Assembly: GCA_964187785.1 (NCBI GenBank)
Contig: OZ076409.1
Location: 39,062,001-39,126,000 of the forward strand
Length of the DNA: 64,000 nt
Origin: Amphiscolops sp. MND2022
Taxonomy: Eukaryota
Direction of reading: 5' to 3'
The notes under the pieces are model-generated. The model worked only from the letters and a program-made list of their open reading frames with translations. It did not search any database and had not been told where the DNA came from. A program made the position numbers and the translations under genes. Below, in pieces: positions 37,901 through 49,900 of the stretch. How positions within the stretch are numbered: position 1 is the first letter of the stretch; each line of letters opens with the position of its first letter.

Positions 37901-40900
37901 GACTTAATAGTACCCTAGTCCAAAAAAATGCGTATCTTGCAAGATTCTTAGATTTTTATCTTTAAAGAAAATGCATTTTTCTTCAAGACATCTTGCAAGA
38001 ATCTTGCAAGATAAACATTTTTTCAATGATAATCTTGCAAGATATACATTTTCCCGAAGAATCTTGAAAGAATTGAATTTTCAAATCAAAAGTATTCATG
38101 GAATTAAGGGATCCGATTTATAAAGACACTCTCCATTACAGCCAGAGTCTCACTTCTAAAATTGTGAAGGACCCAAAAATGCAAACTCTAGAAAAAATAA
38201 AACTCTAGAAGTGTGATTTTAGTAATGCGCCCTGAAAGCCAAATTTTTGCAATAAAAAACTGATATTTGAAACTCAGTTTTGATGAAGTACATTGGAAAA
38301 CAAATGACCCTCTATCACGTACACGATGGAGACTTCGAAATCAAGCCGAACGAACCTAAATTGATGATAGGCGTACATTTTTTGGAAAAAAACGCAAAAA
38401 CAAGAGAAAAATAATCTTTTTTCGACAATTGGTGAAGCTGTTGACTACGTTATCATAACTCATTTGTTGTCTTGCAAGATTTGCATTGTCTTGCAAGATT
38501 CTTGCAAGACTGGTATTCTAGTTTATCATCTTGCAAGATTTGCATTGTCAGATATTTGCAGCAAAATGTTTTTCTTTCAAGAATCTTGTAAGATATCTTG
38601 TAAGATTTGCATACTTCTGAAAAATCTTGCAAGATTTGAATTTAGGTCCACAATCTTGCAAGATAGCCATCAAATGCAAGATATTGGCAAGAATCTTTAA
38701 AGATTTGCATTTAACTTCATCCAGGGTAACAACCAATCAAATTGAAGATTTTTATAGGTCTAACTGCAACTGAAACTCATCGCTGATAGTGGTGGGGAAT
38801 TAAAATTTCCGCGCTTACAGTGAATTAACAGAAAACATCCTCCTCATGTTTGGTGCGTGTTAATCTTTTATGTCAATCTCCCGCCAATGACATCCCCCCT
38901 CCCAATTAGGCGGTCAAGTGAATTTATCGTTGAGTTGATAGAATCAACCAGTCGTGTCAATTATATGCGGCAAAAAACTGTAAAATATGCAATACTTTAT
39001 GCGGATAATTTCTTCAAAATATGCGCTGAAATAAGCGGTGAAATGCTGCTGTTTGCTCAACAAAGAACGATCCAAATAGTTGAGAAAAAAACTGAAATAT
39101 AACATCATAAGATGTACAAGTTTTTCCTCAGTCAGTTGTTTCCGCTCTTCGGGAAGTAGCAGAAAAACAGTTCACCAGAGGCTGAGGCGCAAACAAGAAA
39201 AACAGTTCGGCCTTTGGGACACGCTCAAAACCTGGTATACCAAGTATATAGCGGGCGAGAATTAACAAAAAAGATCATTTTATTTTGTAGTTTTGCAGTT
39301 CATTCGTTTGAAAGAACATCGCAATGGAAATTGTTTAAGTGAACAATAGAGTAGAGCAAATTTGTAGAGCTTACCATTTTGCCCATTAGTGAGGGGTGGA
39401 CGCAGGGATGTAAAAATATATTATATTTAAATATATTGATAACAAATAACTAAAATTAACTTCTTTTTAGTTTTATACAAAACAATATATATTTGTTTTT
39501 TGATCCAATGTATTTGTGTTTTGGGCCAAAATGTTTTAATATTCATTTTAATTTTGGCAAATATTAAAACATAAGTGAAATTTTGATTTTTTTACGCGGA
39601 ATACGCGAAACTATTCATTTCTTAGGCCAACTGTTATTAAATATTTGGATTTATTTAAGTACTAGTCGTGTGGGAAAACCATTTCAGTAAGCTTCGTCTA
39701 TTTATTGATGGTAATAAAAGAGTTCAAGAAGTGTACAAACGAAATGTTTGTTCGAACAATATATTTTTCCCTCGAAATTTCGGACAAAATTTTCAATATA
39801 CTTATTGGTACAATGCTCAAGGTAACACAGAAAGAAAGGTCTGACTGAATCTAGGAAAACTCGTCGAAAACAACTTGTCAAAAACAACTCGCCGAAAACA
39901 ACTGGTCGAAAATACTAGACGGAAAATTCGTCGAAAAGCAACTCACCGGAAATGCTCTGGCAGAAAACTCGTCGCCAGAGCAGAAATTATTCTCAGACAA
40001 ATATAGCGCTAACTTAGTGATCGTAATTTGTCATCAAGTTCAAACGCATCAATTAAGGAAAATTAATCCATAAATCCCTGTTTGTAATCTGTGATTATTC
40101 GACGAGTTTGTTGCACTCAATTATTATTCGATTAGTTAATTTTCGACCAATTTTCCATCCTTTAATTTCGACGAGTTGTTTTCGACGAGTTTCATTCGGC
40201 GAGTTGTTTTTGACGAGTTTTCCGCATACCGATCTGACTGCTCACTGTTGCTCTTTTTATTTTGCTTCCTCTGCCGAATGTGTTATTTTTATAGGGCGCT
40301 TCATGAAAAGGAACGCGACTATTACAGTGACACTTTTTTTCAATCCACACGAACTTACCAAAAAAGTTCTACAAAGTTCTACGAAATTTTATGGCGTCAA
40401 ATTGATGTAACGATAAGCGCCGGCGCTTGAACCGTAACATAGAGTGGAGGAACTAGAACAGCGAATATAATCTGGGACTTAGATCTCCGCGGCCCTAGCT
40501 CATTTAACCTCCGAAGGAGCCAGTCCCAAGGTGGGGGAACAGTCTTGTAAGAAACTCTCTGGCCTGGTCCCAGTCTGTAACTGCTAAAAGTAACAGGCAT
40601 CTTGCATAACTCAAGACCACTGCTCAACTAGCCTTTAAAAAGAGGGCTGAAAACAAGAGGAGGTTGAGCCATAGTATTGGAGAATCTGATAAAATCGACA
40701 TATCCAAATAGGTAAATATAGATGTTCAAGGGCAGCTCTCGAGCATCTCAATCTACATCAAAGAGAAATACAACAAAACTAACAGTTTGAGTCATTTTGG
40801 TAGAAATTGATCTTGGCTCCCAGCGCTAACGCTCGTCACCACACAGAACACTGCAAGGATACTCAGGCGAACATCTGGAACACGGGTTTCCGGTACTATA

Positions 40901-43900
40901 GTAGTGTCGATCTCTTGGGATGGGCACAATACCGTGTTTTTTAGACGATAAGTACGTCCTTTTGGTCGTTTTCTTGCGTTCGGTCTTCGCGGGCGGCGAT
41001 TTCTGATTTTCTGGGGTGCTTTTCTGGCAGGTACTTCATCTTGAGCATGTTTGAGTGCCACGTCAGATTTGATCGAATTTTTGGCAAAATTTCTGAACAT
41101 GTCGAGTTGCAAAATCGGTGGATATTGCTGTACCAGAGCTTGCCGTTACATCACTCCCCGGGCTTCTGGCTTGTCGTCCCTGGCAAGCGGCGTCTGGGCT
41201 CGTCTAGAAACTGCGTCACCGTGACTGCTGGGAACCATCATCCACACATCAGGGGACAAGGACAAGTCCTCGTTTTTTAGCAACAATTTTGGTTAGTTTT
41301 CGCGGTTTTTCTCAAAGAAAATCTTACTGCCTAGTATTTTTTTACAAAAATGCGAACGAAGTTTTAGCACCAGCTCGAGAGCTAAGAATTTCAGTTGGTT
41401 TGAACTCGTTTGGGCAAGCAGTTTTCGCTAAAAAATTCTTTTGCGACCAAGGTCAGCTGAAATCTCTTTTTTAATGCAACTTGACATTTACAGTTTTCAG
41501 TCAATTTCGGGCAACGTAAAATTTCTTTTGGGAGAGCGCGGATTTGTCTACTCCTCAGACAGTCGATAGAAGATGCTTGAACAACAAATCACAAGAAAAA
41601 ACAGCAAATACTCTAACTAAAAGGCTAAGACTTTTTCTTGACTATGGCAACTCAAAAACACCGCGAACGGTGCGCAACGAAAATAGCAGTTTTTCTTTGG
41701 TAACAGTTTCTTTTTTTAACTTTGTAGGCCAAGCAGCTGGGGCAGGCGCACTCTACTGGCCGTACACCCAGCGCAATACTAACAATACATTAACTAAGTA
41801 ATAACTATGAACAAAAAATTGCACCATGTACGGGTAGCACCGGTTAAAGCGATAAGTTTGAAGGCATTGTTTCGGCAGAGTTTAGAGTCTATAGGGAGCG
41901 CGAACGCTCCCATTGGCGGCAGGGTTCCTTGGGCTGAGCTGCGTTTAGCTCTTGGTGGCATCATCGGAAGTTCCTGGATTACTAGCATCTTCCAACGCAA
42001 CTGACGCTCTACGTTGAGCAAGAACTACAGTAACTACTGTTTCCGAGTCTGATAGGTCTTCTGGGAGCGCTAAATCGGCGATCTGCTGCACCAGGATAGT
42101 GTTGGGAGTCAGTTCAGCGGCGTGTTCTCCGGTTTCGGGTTGCGATGACTGAGGACTGGCCTGTGACGACGGTGGACTGACAGGCTCTGGGTTCAAGACG
42201 CGAGTGGGTAGATCAAGGGTTATGGGTCGCATGCTGGGTCGTATCCGCGGCATGGCCATTGTTGGTGCGAGCATGGTAGGCGCGAACGCCTGTTGTCTGG
42301 CGGTCTCGGCTCGACTCTCCACAGCCAAGGATACTCGCTTGGAAATCCAGCCAGGCTGATTCCAGAGCTCGCAGGCTCGCTTCCATTTCGGGAAGTTGGC
42401 AATCTCCAGTTCCAAGCAACGTCCCTCCCATTCTGCACGGGCTTCGGAACCTAGGACGGAATTTATCTCATCGTGTAACACGATTGACATATCTCCTGAC
42501 ATTGTCATTTTTCCTTGGGGCCTCCATACAGATTTTCGGGGAAACGGAGTAATGCGACACCGAAGATTTCGATGTCGAATTTGGGCGGCTCCTTCAATCC
42601 AACCCGGGATTTGTGCCAGTTCCAAATGTTGGATCTGTCGGTTTAAAGTCTCAGGGGCACGACCAACGGGCTTCGCTCTGGGCCATCCGAGTGGTTCTTT
42701 CCAGTAATGGTTTGGGAAAGTGATGCACCGGAAACTGTAGAGGAGGTCTGTGGGTGGACCAGCACTAGTGCTGGCACGGATCACCTTACGAAAGAATTCT
42801 TGGGTCCATGGAAATCGGAAGGGGACTCCATTCAGACTGAGGGGGGCGGAGTATCAATTGATTGGGCCGTACTCCCGCGGCAAAGGACATGCTTTTCGCG
42901 TGCGAGCACGCAGTAGCCCCATCAAATTCTCCTCCAACTGTTCCTCAGACTTCAGAGTAGTGTACCCATGCGGCATTTCTCCACTCAGTACGGCCTGTAC
43001 AACGCGTGGGTAAGTCAGTGAGGGGCGTCCTTGAAGATAGGTGCAGAAGGATACCATAAGCACCTGCACTGCTCTCGCGAGGGGTTTAGTTGGGTACCTG
43101 CACACACCAATTGCGCCGAAAATTGGGGCCAAAACCGGAGCCATGGTGGCCACAAAGTCCTCTACTTCGGCTAACGTCAGTTCAGCGAGTTGCTGTGGCA
43201 TGGGAAATCCGGCCAACTCCCAGGGTATTTGGCGCTCCGCATTATGTAGAGGTTGCGACTGATCCACGCCTACGAATAAACCAGAGGCGAATACCAGGGT
43301 GGAGTACAATCAATGTTGGATCGACGCACGCATGCGCTCCAATTGGGCGGAATAGTTTTGCTGGTTCTTGGAATTCATGAGGTGACCCCAGCGGGTCATG
43401 CTGCGGAGTTGTCCCTGTGCAAGGACCAGATAGCTGTTGAAGGTGATTAGGTCACCGGATGTCACGATGTCGATCAGGAGAGCCAGAGGGCCAGCCACAA
43501 ACTTTGTCGGGCCCATCGTTAGCGCGAGCGCTAACACTTCTCCCATGGTAGCCTCGCCGATGGTTTCCAGTAGTTTGTCGGCCTGCACTGAGGGGGGCGG
43601 AGTATCAATTGATTGGGCCGTACTCCCGCGGCAAAGGACATGCTTTTCGCGTGCGAGCACGCAGTAACCCCATCAAATTCTCCTCCAACTGTTCCTCAGA
43701 CTTCAGAGTAGTGTACCCATGCGGCATTTCTCCACTCAGTACGGCCTGTACAACGCGTGGGTAAGTCAGTGAGGGGCGTCCTTGAAGATAGGTGCAGAAG
43801 GATACCATAAGCACCTGCACTGCTCTCGCGAGGGGTTTAGTTGGGTACCTGCACACACCAATTGCGCCGAAAATTGGGGCCAAAACCGGAGCCATGGTGG

Positions 43901-46900
43901 CCACAAAGTCCTCTACTTCGGCTAACGTCAGTTCAGCGAGTTGCTGTGGCATGGGAAATCCGGCCAACTCCCAGGGTATTTGGCGCTCCGCATTATGTAG
44001 AGGTTGCGACTGATCCACGCCTACGAATAAACCAGAGGCGAATACCAGGGTGGAGTACAACCAATGTTGGATCGACGCACGCATGCGCTCCAATTGGGCG
44101 GAATAGTTTTGCTGGTTCTTGGAATTCATGAGGTGACCCCAGCGGGTCAGGCTGCGGAGTTGTCCCTGTGCAAGGACCAGATAGCTGTTGAAGGTGATTA
44201 GGTCACCGGATGTCACGATGTCGATCAGGAGAGCCAGAGGGCCAGCCACAAACTTTGTCGGGCCCATCGTTAGCGCGAGCGCTAACACTTCTCCCACGGT
44301 AGCCTCGCCGATGGTTTCCAGTAGTTTGTCGGCCTGCACATTGGTGAGCGAGAACTCGGCGGTGATCACGTCGATGTTCCAGCCCAGACCGAGACTGGTA
44401 CAAAAGGCTTCCAGGGGGCAGTCGTGCTCTCGAGCCACTTCCGCCAAGATTCTATTCACGAATCTGGCCTGGTACCAGTGGGCGTAGGTAATACTAGCTG
44501 CATCTACCTCGTTCTTCAGGTTGGTTGCTTCGTTGGCCACGATGTGCCTGATGCCCACGGGCAGCTTGACGGGCTCGATTCCTGTAGCAAAGTGAATCTG
44601 AGGGATTGTTCGCTCGACCGTGCGCGCAGCAGGCCATGCTTCGATTTGCTTCACTAACTCAGCTAGTTCTGCACGTACAGGGACTTCCTTGTCTTTACGC
44701 ACCAGCCAGTTATAGCAACGGACAGCTTCTCGTTCACTTACGTTGGACTCTCGCATGACACGGTTGCCGTCCAGGTCGAAGGCCATTCTTCCCATGCACA
44801 TTCCATGGTCGAAAAGCACGGCGTCGTCTATGGTCAACTGCGCATTCCCCGAACGCTCTACAGCGATCAGTACGCGGGATATGGCAGCGAAGAAGGCTGG
44901 ATATGACAGTGCGTCAGGGCGCAGGTCTCCATGGTCCACCCTAAGGTTTGGTGCGCAGATGGCAAAGTCAATCCTGCGTGCCTTGCACACTTCTAACAGG
45001 ATATAAACGAACTGTTGCAAACTCTGCTGCCAGTACATGAATCCTGGCGGGGATACGAAGAGCGCTAGCGCTCCCAGGCGACCCCGAAGGATCCCTGCGG
45101 CACGCTCCATCGCATCCGCAACGATGTTCACCAAGGTAGCGACGTTCCCAGGTCGACGGGTGTCACCCATGATGGTATCCAGGTCACGCAACAATCCTTC
45201 GCACGCCATGTGGTCCAGCAGATTGGCAAAGATCACTCTCTGTGGGATTGGCTCCTTCAGTGACCCTCTCAGGTTCGGGTCGTACATTACCCCGATCATT
45301 TCAGCAATCTCGGCGAAACGGGACAAAGGCATCGTCAACACCAGTACGTCAGGCATCAGGTTGTCGATGGGTAGGTCGCTTCTGCAGGTGGAGTCCACTG
45401 CCACACAGTAGCGCGCGCGCTGCAAAGCTGCTTTCAAAAGGGGTTTCATGGACACAATGTTACGGGCATAGCGGGCATTTGCTTCCCACGTTTCACCATC
45501 TCGTAGCGTGTACCGCGCGGGAAATTGCTCGGTAACGTTGTGTTGCAGGGACGCCATATAGTCGTTAGGCGTCATGGGCAGTTGCTCTCGAGCACGCTGC
45601 TCCCAGGCTTGCTCGGACATATCTGCATCACGGGGACGCAGTACTCGTGTGATTTGCGCAGCGATAGTGATTCGGTTCACTTCTTTCTGGTCAGCTTCTG
45701 TCGGGGGTGCTCTCCTTCTGATTGCACACATGTTCGAATATAGACGTTCTGCGGCCATCCAAATTCGGTTACTGTCGTTGGTTGCTACAGAGCCAGACAC
45801 ATCGTCGAATGGTGGTAGGAAGGCTGGCGGGCTGGCTTCCTCAATCGTTTCTGGCACATCCAAAGACATCTCGGCGGAACCCGTGCACGAGGGCACGGAG
45901 CTCGCTTCAGGGCCGGCCTCCGCGTTGCCATATTGCTCAACCGCTTCTCGCATGGTCAGTTGGGGCGCACCTCGGCCCAGGTGGCCAACACGATATGGGG
46001 GCCTGACTATTACCACACTCTTCATCTGGGGTTGCAGAGGCACATCTGCACGCTTGTCCGGAGGAGGACGACTGGTTGGACTTTCCGTCACCGAGCCAGT
46101 GGGGGCAGAGGCGGCACTTTCTCCCGTTACTCGCTTCCGTCCAGTTTCTTCACGTGGGCCAGTCGCGGTACTGCCACTTGGAGCAGCCGTGATACTACTG
46201 CTGGGTCCAGCTATGGACTCGGTATCCAAGGATGCTGTTTCGGCTATAGTGGTGGGCGTTTCGCAGCCCAAGGGCTGAGCGGCGGCTTGCAAATAGTTAG
46301 CCAACCCCGGAATCCTTTGTTCTACTTCCCGAACGAAGTCGGATGAGTTGGGATAAGGGGCCACGGCTTGCAGGGCCACTATCACTGCCTGTTCGCCAGT
46401 GCTTCACCCAATGAGATTCAGGTTTGGCACGGGTGTTAACCGGGACCCCGAGGGCTCCCGATCAGAGACTGGTTGATTGGTTGGAGGAATCTGCTGAGTT
46501 CCGTATGGTGCTCCAAAAGCAGGCGAGCCAGAATAAGTTGGCGTCATCGACACTGAATTCGGTGCTACAATTGGCGGAAACGAGGGAACACTGGCAGGCA
46601 TCATTCGCAAGGAGGCCTCTTGTTCAAATCTGGTACCTTGGCTGGGGCCGTATACCGCTGTGGATCGTTCGTCTAGAAATTGATGGGTAAGGTCGTAACC
46701 ATCCCAGGCGCCATTGGTACATGTCAAGGCGCGGCGGTAGCCAGCTACCTCAGTTACAATTGAGAGTGACACGCCCGGCAGCGTTTGCATGGTGTCAAGC
46801 TGAGTAAGTAATGCTGCCACACCAGCGATGGCCACTGGCGGAAGGCCATTTCGTAACCTGTCCTATACAAATTGGGCCTGATTGACCCTCTGCGCTCGCG

Positions 46901-49900
46901 CAGATTCCTGAGGCCTTGCACTACTAGGCCCTGTTGCAGGCACGGAGTTGCTTGGGCAGTAGGCCATTAATTCATAGGTCTAAAAAGGATGACTGTTAGG
47001 TTTACCCGGTGAGTGTTGGTGGGAGCTTAAGGCTCGTCACCCAGTTACAGTGATGCAACATCGGCTCCTTAAGGGAACCGTAACGAACTCAAATCTAACT
47101 AACTTAACTAAAACAAAAACATTTGAGGGAGTAACATAACAAATTAATATTTTGGTGGCAAGAGTGTTCAAGACTCTTCCGGGGATTTTACAATCAGGCA
47201 ATGGTAAAGGGGGAAAAGGGTTGGATTTAAATGACAAGGCTATTCCAGCCCTATACTCAATATTGACACATACACGCGGCTGTGTAAAACGACATGAATA
47301 CCAGTACCCTCGAACATGTTCGCTAAGTCATGGTACAGATTGACCAACGAGAAGAAAGGTCTCTCGGGGTCCAAAATGGGCACATGGACCCGTGCGGATC
47401 CCCTGCCCATTAAGCGCTGTACTAGGTGCGTCATGCAGCGCAAATAGTCGTCGGTCAGCAGCGGCGCACGCTGGTTTGCTCGTACTATCAGCAGGTGAAC
47501 ACTTTGGTTGGGGTTTGGATTAACATCAGGGGGGATGGTGAGCATCTCGCCCACCTTAGGCCGCAAGGAGAATACTTTTTCTATGCCACATTCTCGCAGC
47601 ACGTATCGCAACGCGGCGGAGTTAGTTTTTAGGTCAGCGGGGCATGCTAACACGATATCGCCTTCTGCTTGCAAAAAGTCAGTCTCGTCGTACGAGACAT
47701 GTTCGTCTGAATTTGGATATAGGGCTCCCGGGTAAACAATTTCTCGTCCGGGTCCATTATCGGAGGGGAGGCACACGCGAGGCGCGCGTCCTTGAATCGC
47801 AGCCAGGTCTTGCCCTACCGAGCGGGGCATCGCTCGATTGTCACTGCCGACTTTGACCCATGTATCCAGAGTCCCCAGGACGGCTTTTGGGAACAGAGGG
47901 ACCTCAAATGTGTGAGTCCACTCATCTAGCAATCGAATTCTGGGATAGGTGGTGAAGCAGGTAATGATTAGTTCCAACCACCATGCAAATTTCACCTTGC
48001 CCCGATACCAATCTACGATGTGGAAGCAAATTATCAAGTCCGTAGTAGTCAGGGTTCTAAGACTCTCTAAACAGGACAGCAGGTGTAGCGGTTCCACGAT
48101 TGTCTCCACTCGTGGAGCAGTAACCAGCAACCACCAGTGAGGAGCAGGACTGTATACTCCACCCGGTTCCACTTGCACTCCGTACTTGTCACACAACAGG
48201 TCAGCAGTGATGCACCGGGCCATTTGCACGGGTTCCCTTTCAAAATTGAATGGTCCAAACGCAATGTTGTTGGGCACGGGGGGCATCACAGTAGGCAAGG
48301 TAAACTCCAGGCCCTTCTCATCACTAGTCCACTCCTTAAACCGGGGGCAGGGAGCTTTCTCTTCTCCAGGTAATGATAGCTTCTCAAGGATAGCGTCCAC
48401 GGGGTGATTTCCAGATCGTTCCACGGCGGAGTAGGTTTTCTCGGCCCGCAGTGTGAGGCGGTGCACTAGTTTTCCTCCCTCTTCCGGAGGAACTCCCCGG
48501 GCTCCAATGGGAACCCTCCGGTTCTCTTTCACAGCTAACAAGCAGACACAGTCTCGCAGCCCGCAGGTTCCGCATTTGTAGCGCGGCTGTCGCTTACTTC
48601 TGAGTTGATATCTTGGAGCTTCGGATGCTTCTGCGGATTTTGGGTTTTCGGTCTCGGCCTGGGTTGCTGTTTCGGCTAAGGCCTCGGTTTCAACGTTCGT
48701 GGTTGATTCTTTCTTCCTCGTTTTTGCCTTTGCTCGGACTAGCCGTTTCTTCTGCGCCTTGGGCGGTCTCCCCCTCCCCCTTTTAAAAGAAGGAGCGGTC
48801 CCCGCTCCGGGCGATGCTGCGGGAATGTCAGGGACTTTGGGCTGAACGTCACTCTCATCGCTGGCAGATTTCAGAGGAATTGGGGGAGCGGTCGGCCAGA
48901 TGGGATAGTTGCTGAGGAAATTAGTCAATGAGGAATTCGTTAATAAGGATGCCGATGTCCCCGGCAATGAGTCCTTATCAGAGGAAGAGATTTGTGGAGA
49001 CGGTGAGCGCACGCGCTCATGGTCTGAGAATAGTTGAGGAAGAATACGGGCGGGTGATATCGATTGATCTGAAGCAGCCGGAGGAGCCTCGGGCTCCGCT
49101 TGACCTGCATCAAATAGATCCGGAGGTACCGGCAACATGACATCAGATAGTTCGTCATCAGTACCGGACGTGGAATAGTCAAATTGCTGGTAATGCATAC
49201 GCGAGCGTCCTGCCCGTAGCTTTGTACCTAATCGAGTGTCCATCCAGTGACGTTTGCGTGAGGGCAATGACGCATCGGACGCTTCTGAAAGCAGTTGTTC
49301 GGACTTATACGAGGGAAGCGATTTGTCGTCGTCAACCACGTCAACGGAGCGTTCAGGCTCGGGGTCCATAAGTACCACTATTTCGCCGCTGTCCGCGGGT
49401 GCAGCGGCGAGTTCAAGAGGGCCACTGTGATGTGGTTTGAGGCGCTCGAAATGCACTTTTTGGCCCGTGTCCAGCACGTAGACACGACCGTCCTGGAAGA
49501 CTTGCACAACTTTGTGAGGGCCACGCCAAGCGCGCATTAGCTTGGGGGAGCCTTTTTGCGGCACGTAACGGCAAAAAATCCAGACGAGCTCTCCCGGCTG
49601 GTAGGCTCGCGCTTGTGATCGCGCTTGGATCGCACGATCGTATTTTAGTTTTTGACGTAGTTGAGCTTGGTGTGTGTTACGTCGCACCAAGTCATGAATC
49701 TCTTGTTGGCGAGCCAACACGTGATCGACGTACGCTTTATGCGTTTCGAAGGATTTGGCGGCAAATTCGGGGTACAGAAACGTAATGTTCTCCATGCCCC
49801 GCGAATTCTCCATGCCCCGCGTTAAAATGTAGGGTGAGAAGCCAGTGGTAGCGTGCCTCGTTGAATTATAGGCACCCATGACTTCGTCTAGACATTGGTC

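Noticed and set aside
39854..40223. Short periodic repeats here and at 37913-38726 as CRISPR-like arrays
   Set aside because: No unique spacers, the arrays are inverted about a centre, and the context is eukaryotic; these are MITE subterminal repeats.
40792..41112. Arg/Lys-rich ORF in the LTR of element C (and 2284-2883 overlapping LTR A)
   Set aside because: Frameshifted in the other LTR, uses a non-ATG start, and reflects base composition only.
41945..46835. ORF3 of element C as a canonical env
   Set aside because: No evident signal peptide, furin site plus fusion peptide, or C-terminal TM anchor.
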